A stretch of 24,901 bases of DNA from positions 1 through 24,901 of the forward strand of contig CATMOE010000054.1 of the NCBI GenBank assembly GCA_950072105.1, read 5' to 3'. The notes below the pieces were generated by a model that was given only the letters and a program-made list of their open reading frames with translations, was not told the origin of the DNA and made no database searches. The position numbers were made by a program, and so were the translations under genes. Shown here one piece after another: positions 1-9,082 of this stretch (position 1 is its first letter; each line of letters starts with the position of its first letter). This DNA comes from an uncultured Dehalococcoidia bacterium (lineage in GTDB: Bacteria; Chloroflexota; Dehalococcoidia; Lucifugimonadales; UBA3495).

Positions 1-86
1 GTCAACACAACACTTCTGGCAGCGGAAGACTCTCTTAATCTAGCCCCGTTATTGTTCAAATAACCGGGACCACCTCAGTTACGATC

Positions 87-1058
87 ATGCAGCCCGACGG
101 CTCAACAACGGAGATTGAGCTCGAAGCAAGAGCGCCGCCGCCGGAAATAGGGGAATTGGTGACCGGGTTTACCGGATCTTCTCCTACCGAAGGAGCAAAC
201 AAAGGCAAAAAGCACGCCAAGGCCAAGGGCTTGGTGAGGGCCTCTAAGATTCGGGCACGTCTGGAAAGGTTCTTAGAGAATTTGACAACCGACGAAGCCC
301 GTGTACCGGCAGAGTCAGAGGGAGAAAAGGTAAGGTCCGCAAGGCAAAGGGCGGAGGGCAGACGGGAGAGGGCTAAGGCGGCCCGAGCACAAGCCGATGC
401 GGCTCGGACGAGATCGGAGGCGGCTCAAGGCGCTGAGGCGGCGGACTTGAATGAAAGCGCCGAGGAAGCGGAAGAGAACGCTGTCGAGGCAGAAGCCGAG
501 GTGGCCGAGGTACAGGCAGAGGCAGTTGAAAAGGCTGCAGGAGCTGAGGCGGATGCGGCCGAGCGCCGTGCCGAGCGGATCTCCGATGTCGCCTCGATCT
601 TAGATGCGCTGACAGCGCGGCACACTGATATCCTCCAGTCGCTGGCTGAGGGGAGCATTCTGCCCGACGAGGCCTTGCGGGGCATCGCCACCGCCTTAGA
701 GAATGCCCATCGAGGCCGGAGCCGGGCTACCTTGAAAGCAGCGGAAGCACGGGTCAAATTTAAAGGCAAAAGGATGAAGACCCGGGCGAAGGCCAAAGAG
801 AAAAGGGAGAAAGTCCTAGCCAGGGCCGAGAAGAAGCGTCAGATGGTCCAAGCCAGGCGAGAACGGGAATCGGGGAACGCAAAAGCCGAGCGGGAGCGGG
901 CAACGAGGAAGGCTAAAGCCGAGCTGGAGCGAGCAGTGGCAAAGGCTAAAGTCGAGCTAGAGCGAGAAGCGGCGAAGGCTAAAGCCGAGCAGGAGCGGGA
1001 GGCGGCAAAGGCTCGGTCCGAACGAGAACGGGAGGCAGCACGAGGCCGGGGCAGATAG
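87..1058 (+). CDS. Ala/Glu/Arg/Lys-rich coiled-coil protein, probably lacking its true N-terminus
   Basis: 323-aa ORF that is highly charged and helical. The segment HTDILQSL..LPDEALRGIATALENAHRG loosely resembles DUF5667-type proteins. No RBS precedes ATG 87 and the frame is open back to position 39. Confidence 0.7.
   Translation: MQPDGSTTEIELEARAPPPEIGELVTGFTGSSPTEGANKGKKHAKAKGLVRASKIRARLERFLENLTTDEARVPAESEGEKVRSARQRAEGRRERAKAARAQADAARTRSEAAQGAEAADLNESAEEAEENAVEAEAEVAEVQAEAVEKAAGAEADAAERRAERISDVASILDALTARHTDILQSLAEGSILPDEALRGIATALENAHRGRSRATLKAAEARVKFKGKRMKTRAKAKEKREKVLARAEKKRQMVQARRERESGNAKAERERATRKAKAELERAVAKAKVELEREAAKAKAEQEREAAKARSEREREAARGRGR
879..1043 (+). repeat. Five degenerate 33-bp (11-aa) tandem repeats within the CDS
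   Basis: Translation: AKAERERATRK / AKAELERAVAK / AKVELEREAAK / AKAEQEREAAK / ARSEREREAAR. Confidence 0.8.
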
Positions 1059-1084
1059 AAGTAGCGAACGGCGCTCCCTCCAAT

Positions 1085-1130
1085 GTGAACAAGGGGCCAA
1101 CCCCGCGGGGTTGGCCTCTTTATGTTTCAC
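1085..1130 (+). terminator. Intrinsic terminator
   Basis: Hairpin AAGGGGCCAACCCC-GC-GGGGTTGGCCTCTT (1091-1120) followed by TATGTTT, just downstream of the stop at 1058. Confidence 0.8.
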
Positions 1131-1279
1131 ACTCATAATTAACTCTCGTCCCCCCAGCTACTGTTCGAGGTTTTATAAGTCTTTGCCGGTTCGTTGATGA
1201 CCTACACTCCCGGTAAGCGGTTAGCCAGGACGCGGATCCAGACCATCCATTAAGCCTTGTAGAACGTCATATGATTCGA

Positions 1280-1308
1280 TGGACACATGGCGGCATCGCC
1301 TGTATTCT
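1280..1308 (+). promoter_or_regulatory. Putative sigma70-type promoter
   Basis: TGGACA-17 bp-TATTCT upstream of the nitrile hydratase-like relic and the VOC gene. Confidence 0.4.
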
Positions 1309-1338
1309 TAGTCTCAGATCAGGCGAAAGACGATGGGT

Positions 1339-1577
1339 ATGAACGGCGTGCACGACATGGGCGGGACGCACGGTTTCGGTCCTATCCAGCCTGAAGAGAA
1401 CGAGCCGGTTTTCCACTCAACATGGGACGCCGCATGGCCGTGGCCATGGAAAGTCAGGGAACCTAGCCATGGGAGGATTTCCGTAGCCGGCTGATCCAGT
1501 AGATCGCCTTGTGCGAGGCGCACGGCCCACCATTCGAATACTACTAACCGCGGCTATCCGCATCACGGCCTGAACCT
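1339..1577 (+). pseudogene. Nitrile hydratase beta-subunit / accessory protein-like pseudogene
   Basis: From 1339 it reads MNGVHDMGGTHGFGPIQPEENEPVFHSTWD, the NHase beta N-terminal signature. After a frameshift near 1430 it continues MAVAMESQGT*PWEDFRSRLIQ*IALCEAHGPPFEYY*, with stops at 1464, 1500 and 1545. Confidence 0.8.
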
Positions 1578-1608
1578 TAAACCTTATTTTTACTAGGAGG
1601 CGCCGCTT

Positions 1609-2067
1609 ATGGACGCCATCGGTATGTCCCATATCGCGATCTGTGTCCGTGACATGGACAAGTCCTTGGGCTTCTACCGGGACATTTTGGGCATGGAGGT
1701 CACCTTCGACGGTCCCACCGATCCGACCGAAGGAGGGCGCCCCCACAACTACAAGCACGCCCGCAAGACCCGCAGGCGCGTCAGCTTGAGTTCCGGAGAG
1801 GGTGTCCCCATTCCTTCTCTCACACTGACCAGCCATCCCGGCGAAGAACCCGACGGCAACCCGATCCTCCTAGACCAGGTGGGGATCACCCACTTCTCCA
1901 TCACCGTTGCCGACGTGAACGCCCTAGCCGAGGAACTGATATCCAAAGGGGTGGAGCCGGCCGGACCCAAGGAGTCATTCATCAACGCGGAAGGGAAGTT
2001 CCGGTACATCTACGTCCGTGATCCCGACGGCATCCTCATCCAATTCGATAGCGGCGGTGCGGGTTAG
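1609..2067 (+). CDS. VOC (glyoxalase/bleomycin resistance) family protein
   Basis: Motifs SHIAICVRDMDKSLGFYRDILG, GITHFSITV and IYVRDPDGILIQF; AGGAGG RBS upstream. Confidence 0.92.
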   Translation: MDAIGMSHIAICVRDMDKSLGFYRDILGMEVTFDGPTDPTEGGRPHNYKHARKTRRRVSLSSGEGVPIPSLTLTSHPGEEPDGNPILLDQVGITHFSITVADVNALAEELISKGVEPAGPKESFINAEGKFRYIYVRDPDGILIQFDSGGAG

Positions 2068-2118
2068 ATCTGGGCACTAGGCTTCTGGCACCATGGCCGA
2101 GGCGGCACAGCTACGTTT

Positions 2119-4662
2119 TCAGAAGCACGGCTCCCCCCGAAACACCAACTCATTGTGCCCGTCCGGGTTGTGGGAGCCTTCTACTTGGGAGTCGTCTGAT
2201 TTACCGTAGACCATCTGGTGGGATGCCGGTTGGCCGGGCGGGGCGCCCTCAGGTGACCTAACATCCACGTCCAGATAGTAAGCGTCCCGTGGCGTGACCA
2301 CGCCAAATCCGATCACCATTACATACCATGTCCCCGTCTCGGGATTGGAAACCGTGATACGTTCCGGCGAATTCAGCGTCGCCCCGCTGAAGTCGGAGTG
2401 CAAGACAAAGCCGGGAGCGCAGAGGAACAGGTCCAGATCATTGGTGGGGAACCGGGCCCAATTCTGCCGCCAACCCAGTTCGAACGAAGCCTGGGTGGTA
2501 CCGCTGGGTACATCAACCGGTATCAAAATCGTGTCCCCTGGTCGTATCGGGTCGGTGGCAGCTACGGGGATCTTGCCGTCGGTCCTTCTGATGGTTACGC
2601 GGGTTCCCACTTTGCCGTTGTTGGTCCAGTCGCCCTGCACGGTTACTTTCATCAGCCCGGGCTCCATGATAGCCCTGTCCACGAAGGCCCCAAAGATAGC
2701 CCCTCTCAACCCAACGTGGTTATCGCCGATGGTAAAGCGGGCTGGTCCGACGACGTTGGCACTGTAAACCAAGTAGGGCAGTCCGCCACGCTTGGCGCCC
2801 TTCACATAGACCTCGATGGAGTTGGGAAGGACCGCGGGCACCGGGTTGGGGTCGATGCTAACATCCGCGAAATCGATGGTCACCGAACTGGTGCTGGGCT
2901 CAATCTCAAAGATCAAGTCAACGGTTCGCCCTGGTTTCAATTCCCGTATGTCTATGCTAAAAGTCCCGTTCTGCAACACCACGTTGGGAATCTGTTCGTC
3001 GGGAACCGATTGACGCAACTCGTTGCTGGTTTCGCCCGACTTCAGCAACGAGAGAGCTTTGGCCACGTCCAGATAACCGGCTCCCTGAGACCGCCGCTTC
3101 CACTCGCGGCCCAACGGCGCGGCGCCGTCGATCATCGCATTGCGAATCACCAAGGGACCGAACTCGGGCTTGTTGGCTTCGGCCCAACCCATCAGGAGCG
3201 CCGCCCCACCGGCCACGGCGGGGGTTGAGAAGGAGGTCCCGGAAGCGAAACCGGTGGCATTTTGCGGGAAAAGGGAAAGGTTGAAGACCCCGGTAGCTGT
3301 AATATCCGGACTGGCCCGTCCGTCGGCCAAGGGTCCACGGCCGCTGAAATCGGAGGGCCTGATCTCATCGTCCGGGTACATGGCGTGGCCCTGGCCTGGG
3401 CCGAAGAAAACGTCCCAAAATATGCGTGTGTGCACCGGGTCGCTGGACGCCCCAGCCGTTAAAGCGCTGAAGGCCGTCCCCGGAGTGGACACGGAAACCG
3501 GCGCCGGTCCATCGTTACCAGCCGCGGCCACCACCAGGATACCAGCCTCGGTGGCGGCGTCCACAAGCTGATCCTCCAGGGTCCGGCCGTCGAATCGGGC
3601 GGAGCCGCCCAGGCTCAGGTTGATCACGTCTATGTCCAGACCGCCAGGCAGACCGGCAGTGTGCTCTTTCTTTTTGGTTATAACGTGGTCGATAGCCGCT
3701 TCGATGATTGAAGACGAAACGCCCGAACCGGTATGGGGAAACACCTTTACCGCATAAATGCTGGACTTAGGGGCAAGGCCCACCAATGGGAGCATTATCA
3801 ACTGGCCTGTGGTGAAGAAGTTCTCCTCGGGCAGATGCGCTTGAAATATGGCCGCCATGTCGGCGTCCGCCGGCGACCTCCGGTCCAAGACGATGAAGCA
3901 ATCTGACGCGATGACGCCGGCCACGAATGTGCCGTGGAAATTGTTGGTCGGAACAGTAGACCCTTCGAATTCTGTACCGGCGTCGGGTGACAGATCCGGC
4001 CCTTCAATCACCCGGCTGTCTGGATTTCCAACGTCTCCCCTACCCGCCAAACAGATGTGGCCTGCCTCGGTCCCTGTATCTATCACCGCGGTGATCGCCC
4101 CCGCTCCCGCGCCGTTCTCCGCCCAGGTATCCGCAGCCCCAGTAACCGAGGTTATATAGCTGGGGAACCCATCGGGGACCTCACCGATCTTGGCCGCAAG
4201 GGCCGTACGATCCAACAGATGGGAAGGATTCAGCGCCAGCGGTCTGGGCTCCAGGTGCTCTCCTTGGAGCTTTGGTATTTCAACGATGCGGTCCTTCTCG
4301 ACGCGCTCCACCATCGTCAGCGACGCCAGGAAGTCGAGATTACCCGCGGGCAACCGGGCAGCGACGGCATCGGCGTTTTGGTATTGGATGCTTACCGTCC
4401 CGCCCATGCCCTCGATGGCGTCGATGATCTTCTTGTAAGGCTTGGCGGTATGGACTATCACTCCGATCCCCGGATCCATGGTAGTGCCACTTGGAGACTG
4501 GGCGATGACCGTGGAACTGGGAAGTGCCGCCAACAGGATGGCGAACAGCATCAACACTCTCGAAAAGCGGTGGTGGAGGAGTGCCGAAATCCCCCCTGCG
4601 CCCCTCCTTAATAAAGAGGGGTTGGGGGGATTTGTTACATTTCTAATGAGCACGTTAGGCAT
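2119..4662 (-). CDS. Secreted S8 family serine peptidase (subtilase) with prodomain and C-terminal PPC-like domain
   Basis: Catalytic motifs VIDTG (Asp), HGTFVAG (His), AAGN (oxyanion Asn) and GTSFSTP (Ser). Hydrophobic signal segment MLFAILLAALPSSTVIA; C-terminal NDLDL...G.WYV.V motif. The start is uncertain (4662 or 4551). Confidence 0.92.
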   Translation of the reverse strand: MPNVLIRNVTNPPNPSLLRRGAGGISALLHHRFSRVLMLFAILLAALPSSTVIAQSPSGTTMDPGIGVIVHTAKPYKKIIDAIEGMGGTVSIQYQNADAVAARLPAGNLDFLASLTMVERVEKDRIVEIPKLQGEHLEPRPLALNPSHLLDRTALAAKIGEVPDGFPSYITSVTGAADTWAENGAGAGAITAVIDTGTEAGHICLAGRGDVGNPDSRVIEGPDLSPDAGTEFEGSTVPTNNFHGTFVAGVIASDCFIVLDRRSPADADMAAIFQAHLPEENFFTTGQLIMLPLVGLAPKSSIYAVKVFPHTGSGVSSSIIEAAIDHVITKKKEHTAGLPGGLDIDVINLSLGGSARFDGRTLEDQLVDAATEAGILVVAAAGNDGPAPVSVSTPGTAFSALTAGASSDPVHTRIFWDVFFGPGQGHAMYPDDEIRPSDFSGRGPLADGRASPDITATGVFNLSLFPQNATGFASGTSFSTPAVAGGAALLMGWAEANKPEFGPLVIRNAMIDGAAPLGREWKRRSQGAGYLDVAKALSLLKSGETSNELRQSVPDEQIPNVVLQNGTFSIDIRELKPGRTVDLIFEIEPSTSSVTIDFADVSIDPNPVPAVLPNSIEVYVKGAKRGGLPYLVYSANVVGPARFTIGDNHVGLRGAIFGAFVDRAIMEPGLMKVTVQGDWTNNGKVGTRVTIRRTDGKIPVAATDPIRPGDTILIPVDVPSGTTQASFELGWRQNWARFPTNDLDLFLCAPGFVLHSDFSGATLNSPERITVSNPETGTWYVMVIGFGVVTPRDAYYLDVDVRSPEGAPPGQPASHQMVYGKSDDSQVEGSHNPDGHNELVFRGEPCF
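4587..4633. repeat. 47-bp palindromic mini-element
   Basis: Perfect 10-bp outer arms AAATCCCCCC and GGGGGGATTT, with inner stem CCCCTCCTT-AAT-AAAGAGGGG. Confidence 0.8.
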
Positions 4663-4899
4663 CGTTCAGCCAGACACAGCGTAGAACTACAGTTACGCAC
4701 CACCATATGTACCATGAGTTTACGGATAAGCCAATACTATAGGATTCAAGTCTGAAAGCCTGTAGGCGGGTTGGCTGTAGGGACACCAAAGCGGAACACA
4801 GCGGCAACCATAAAGGATCTCTCCCGAGATTGATTAACTTCACGCAGTGTTCAGCGGGGTCCGGACCCGGGCTCCTGCGAGAACATGTGGCGACCGCCG

Positions 4900-5859
4900 T
4901 TAGGGTGTTTTCGGCGGCAGGGCGGCTGCTTCTGAGAATAAGAGGCCAGCTTCCTCATTCCGACCCATTTCCATGTAAAGAGACCCGGTCTGTTCCAATA
5001 CCGGCCTTAGGCGCGGGTCGTCCGTTCCGTAGGCATCCTCCACGATGCGGCGTACCCTCTGAAGGGTTAGGTCCGAGTCTTCGTATTCCTTTTCGAACAT
5101 ATGGAGTGTGGCTAATTGCTGTAGCAGCCCAATTGTCGAAATGTGGTTGAAGCCGGAGTTCTCTTGAGCTATGACCAACGCCTCTAGGAGGACGTCCCCT
5201 GCGAAGTCGTAATTACCGTATTCCAAGTACAGTGTTCCCAATTCACTGAGCGGAACAATCAGAGCAGGGTCCGCTTCTTCCAAAACCTCTGAATGAAGAA
5301 GGATGGTGTCGACGTAAAGAGACTCTGCAGACAGGAAGTCGCCAGCCTGGCGTTGTGTGCTAGCCAGCTTTTAGGCGGCCAAGATGGTGCTGAGGTGGGA
5401 TGCTCCATAGCTGGCCTCGGCGTTAGCCAGCGCCCGTTCGTACACCGGCACCATCTCGGCGATACGACCTTGTTCTGAATACAACTTTCCCAGGTTGGCC
5501 CTGGTGGTGGAGACAAATTGGTGGCCTGGTGGAAACGCCGCCTCCGAAACAGTTATCGCCCTCAACGCCGCTTCCTCCGCCCCTTGGGCATCGCCTTGGT
5601 TGCGCAAAATCAATCCCAGGTTGTTCAGCGAGGCAGCCAGGCTGGGACTTTCGAGTCCGAACAACTCCTCAGCCAGTACTATCGCTTCACGCGCAGGGAC
5701 TACAGCCTCGTCGTACCGGCCCTGGGCAGCCTACTCCGAAGCCATAACTTCCAGGTTAGTCCATCTCGACAGTCGACCGTCCCCACATGCCCATGCAGCT
5801 AGAAGTAGCAACAGCGACACGGAGAGCATAATTCGTTGGACGGAGAGTTTGTGGAGCAT
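4900..5859 (-). pseudogene. Tetratricopeptide-repeat (kinesin-light-chain-like TPR) protein, possibly a lipoprotein, with two nonsense codons
   Basis: A single frame reads MLHKLSVQRIMLSVSLLLLLAAWACG...MASE*AAQGRYDEAV...LAASLNNLGLILRNQG...STILAA*KLASTQRQAGDFLSAESLY...PPKTP. In-frame stops are TAG 5733-5731 and TAA 5373-5371. Confidence 0.85.
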
Positions 5860-5948
5860 AAGGGGCCTTGCATAGAATACGGCCACCCAGCAATAGCTGG
5901 GTGGCCGTTGATTAGTAGCCAGGTATATTTGGTTTCAGTCCGTCGCCC

Positions 5949-6792
5949 TTACTTGCGGCAGATCATCTGGATCCGGTCAATGAGGAGACCTAATCTACCT
6001 TGGAATCCGGTGACCACACCGTTAAGCGGGCAGTCAACGTTAACGATCCCGCCAGATCCCAAGTTTGCTCCCACATAATCGACATTGGACACTACCCAGT
6101 TACGTAGTCTCGGCAACGAGCGCCGATCCGGTCTAGTTGGGCGCCGTTACGTTGCTCGGCCCGGACACCAGTCAGCGCCCGGTTGGAGCCACAGTCGATA
6201 TTGAAGCTACTTCCACCGCCTCCACCCGCGCTGGGCGAATTCGTGAAGCCACCCAGGTTAGGAGAGAAGGGTCCCATCGACAGATATTACCTGCACCCGA
6301 GATGCACCCGGTCAATGTCGTCTCCGGCCCCGCCCCTTAGAACCTGAGCGTAGGAACTGCCATTGGGGGAGCAACGACGAGCCGAGAAGGCGCTGCCGCC
6401 GCCGCCGCCGAAGGCAATGGACAGGAACTCGCCGCTGAGGCCAGCGCCGGTGTTGCCGGTGTTGCCTTGGTCGCCCTTGTCACCCTGTGGTCCTATGGCG
6501 TTCCAGTCTAGGACGAGGTCCTTTTTCTTGAGCCGTCGTTAGAATCTTTGCTGCCTTTGTCCTTGCTGCCTTTGTCCTTGCTGCCACCATCGCCTTGCGG
6601 ATCAATGATTTTAATCTCGCCGCTCTTTTTTACGCAAGAGTGGATGACTTGGTCCGCCACTGGAGCATCGTGAGCCATGATGCGTGGCACGGCCAGGAAC
6701 AAGAACAACGCTCCCAAGACCGCCGCGAAGACGATCAAAGGCATGGGAATTGCTGAGAGTCTTAGATTAGGCAAATCATTCACCTTATTCAC
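5949..6792 (-). pseudogene. Secreted protein with a short collagen-like linker and three Cys-containing beta-prism (jacalin/VMO-I-like) repeats, disrupted
   Basis: Reconstruction: signal/TM segment, VIHSCVKKSGEIKII, then a frameshift near 6531 to (C)KKKDLVLDWNAIGPQGDKGDQGNTGNTG, then three repeats GG..G...C....G...(I/L)DR(V/I)...CR. It has an internal TAA at 6289-6287, a second frameshift near 6095 and a final TAA at 5951-5949. Confidence 0.75.
6544..6585. repeat. 15-bp tandem repeat (GSKDK, about 2.8 copies)
   Basis: TTTGTCCTTGCTGCC at 6556-6570 and 6571-6585, plus a partial copy at 6544-6555. Confidence 0.85.
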
Positions 6793-7363
6793 AGCATTGG
6801 GACTGTATCCGAAGATAATCTGGTCCTAACCGAGCGTCCGTAACCGAGTTATCCTAGACAAGAGAGGACGACGCCAGCCGACGGACGGACAAATACAGTA
6901 AGAGTAACTAAAATGCGCGAGTGCCACCTCCTGTCTTGAGATCCCCGGCGAGCGTTCCGTGGCAAAACAACTATGCATTCCTCGGAACACTGGATCAATA
7001 GAAGGACACCGGCGGTGGCCGGTCCAACAACTCGAGGCCTGATTCCCTCTCGCGGAGGATCCCCCCCTACCCTGAGCGAAACGGCTGGAATATACCAGCT
7101 TAATCACGTAGTCTCAACGCATTTCGACACGGAAGGCGAAGTCCAGAAGATATTGGTTAGGTATAGTGAAGTAAGTATAGGTTGGGAGGTTTCGGAGGGG
7201 GAGGTCTGGTTACTGGGATTACGCCACCACGTTAGGCGAGATGTCCATAAGCAGCCCATTGCCGCCGGGCGCGGGGACTGGGTCCCGTCGTCTGAGAGGG
7301 AAGCGAACCGGGCGAAGAATCATCGTGTACGCCCGTCCGGACCAGCGGCCACCGAGATAGGGG

Positions 7364-8317
7364 CTACTCTTGGTGGTTGAGCTCGAAGGTTATCGACGGC
7401 GTGGTATGCGCCAGCGTCTTCAGGAACACGAACAGAAAAATAGTTGTCCCGGCCATTTCCAGGAACTCTTCGATACTTTTAGAGAAGTGTACAGCACGGC
7501 CGGGGAAGGTAGAAAATACGTCGGCCACGCGAATCATGATGCCGTTCTCCATGCCTTCCACGAAGTCCATCCCGACGGCAATCACGAACAGGCCCAGCGC
7601 CAAGCAGACCAGTAGTTTCAGATGGAGGGATGGTAATTCACGCATCAGAAATACGAAGACAAACAATCCAGCTATCGCAACGACTGGTCCTAGGACCAGT
7701 TGCCAGGTATAGCTCGGGAAAACATCGTATAACTGCCCCAGTAATCCAGGGTCCGTCCGGCCTTCAGAGCCCGTGACCAACTCGCTGAATATGGTGCCCA
7801 TGCGCTCGTGCAGCTTGGTCGCGTCGTCCACGCCCATGTAAAAGAATAGCGCGGTTATCAAGGCCCAGCCCCAAACCAATTTGGGCCGAGAGCCCTGGTT
7901 CTGGCCCCTGATTACCAGGGTTATCAATAAAAGGACTGCGGCGACGGCGAGCATCTGGAAGCTGGAGAAGAAGTTCGCCACCCCATCTTCACGCGTGATA
8001 TTGAACAACCTTCTCGCGGCGCCAATGGGGACCCATCCAAGTTCGGTGACAAGCGCATCCAACATCACAATGGCGATTTCCACCGTCACCAAACCCGGAA
8101 TCAACCACCAGAGCATTTGGTTTTGGTCGATTTTTATTCTCACCGGCCCATCTTCGCAACGCCGCTTACCGGGATTTCCCAGATCAAACCGATTCTCCGG
8201 AACATGTGCCTCTTGGATGGCCCGGCCTATAATACGAAGCGCTGAACGCGTCAACTGCTCGCCGGTTCGCCAAAGTGGCCTGCTCTCAGGTGATATCCAC
8301 CTTCCCGCCAAGTGCAA
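7364..8317 (-). CDS. Multi-pass membrane protein of unknown function
   Basis: About 6 hydrophobic segments and conserved-looking polar motifs ANFFSS, GVDDATKLHE and IEEFLEM. The true start is probably GTG 8143 or ATG 8116 rather than 8317. Confidence 0.8.
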   Translation of the reverse strand: MHLAGRWISPESRPLWRTGEQLTRSALRIIGRAIQEAHVPENRFDLGNPGKRRCEDGPVRIKIDQNQMLWWLIPGLVTVEIAIVMLDALVTELGWVPIGAARRLFNITREDGVANFFSSFQMLAVAAVLLLITLVIRGQNQGSRPKLVWGWALITALFFYMGVDDATKLHERMGTIFSELVTGSEGRTDPGLLGQLYDVFPSYTWQLVLGPVVAIAGLFVFVFLMRELPSLHLKLLVCLALGLFVIAVGMDFVEGMENGIMIRVADVFSTFPGRAVHFSKSIEEFLEMAGTTIFLFVFLKTLAHTTPSITFELNHQE

Positions 8318-8380
8318 TAATTCAGAATCCCCCGTCCGTGCTCAAGCGTCAGCCTCTCCGAGTAGCCAGTTCGGCCTAGC

Positions 8381-8389
8381 TGATATAAT
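8381..8389 (+). promoter_or_regulatory. Extended -10 promoter element
   Basis: TG-A-TATAAT about 40 bp upstream of the NUDIX start. Confidence 0.55.
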
Positions 8390-8429
8390 CGGGTCTTCGA
8401 TCGCTTACCGGACGAAGGGGTAGCCAATC

Positions 8430-9020
8430 ATGAATTTTTGCCCGACCTGTGGCGCCAAGCTCGGTTCAAAGATGGACGGAGGCCGCGACCGCCCCGCGTG
8501 TCTCGTCGACGGATGCGGGTTCGTCTTCTATGGGAGCCATTCCATCGGCTGCGGCGGAGTGGTCATCCGGGACAACAAGGCGCTGCTGATCCAGCGGGGT
8601 ATCAACCCCAACCGGGGGGCCTGGCAGATTCCCGGAGGCTACGTGGAGGCCGGCGAGGAGATCCTGCCCGCAGTGGAAAGGGAGGTGCTGGAGGAAGCCG
8701 GCATTGTGGCCAAGGTTAAAGACGTGGTGGGCATACGCCACGCCACAGCGGCCCCCAACTCCAACGTGTACGTAGTCTTCCGCCTTGAACCGATGTCGGG
8801 GGAGCCGCGATTCGACGGCGACGAAACCATCGGCGCAGGTTACTTCACCTGGGAAGAGATCGAGAACATGGAGGGCGTCCAGGGATTTTCCCTTTGGTCC
8901 ATCCGCCGGGCCCTGGATACGCCGGAGGGCGCAGGGTTCATGTTGTACGAAAGCGACATGACCCGCCAGCGTCCCGGGTGGACCCTATTTGGTATCACAG
9001 AGGGTGATCACCGAGCATAG
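8430..9020 (+). CDS. NUDIX hydrolase with N-terminal zinc ribbon
   Basis: CPTCG...C....C zinc ribbon and Nudix box GGYVEAGEEILPAVEREVLEEAGI. Confidence 0.93.
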   Translation: MNFCPTCGAKLGSKMDGGRDRPACLVDGCGFVFYGSHSIGCGGVVIRDNKALLIQRGINPNRGAWQIPGGYVEAGEEILPAVEREVLEEAGIVAKVKDVVGIRHATAAPNSNVYVVFRLEPMSGEPRFDGDETIGAGYFTWEEIENMEGVQGFSLWSIRRALDTPEGAGFMLYESDMTRQRPGWTLFGITEGDHRA

Positions 9021-9082
9021 GGCATAGGAACTCCGGCCCGTCTATGACTCGTACTTCCACGCGAAAATCGGTGTTACAGACC

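Noticed and set aside
2294..4684. Long plus-strand ORFs antisense to the subtilase, and similar shadow ORFs elsewhere
   Set aside because: These are typical antisense shadows of GC-rich coding DNA and carry no motifs.
1339..6792. Stop-codon reassignment or pyrrolysine read-through explaining the in-frame stops
   Set aside because: The internal stops are a mix of TAG and TAA and are accompanied by frameshifts. TAG is also the main genuine terminator in this window.
6973..7380. 135-aa plus-strand ORF
   Set aside because: No RBS, no recognisable motif, and it overlaps the end of the opposite-strand gene.
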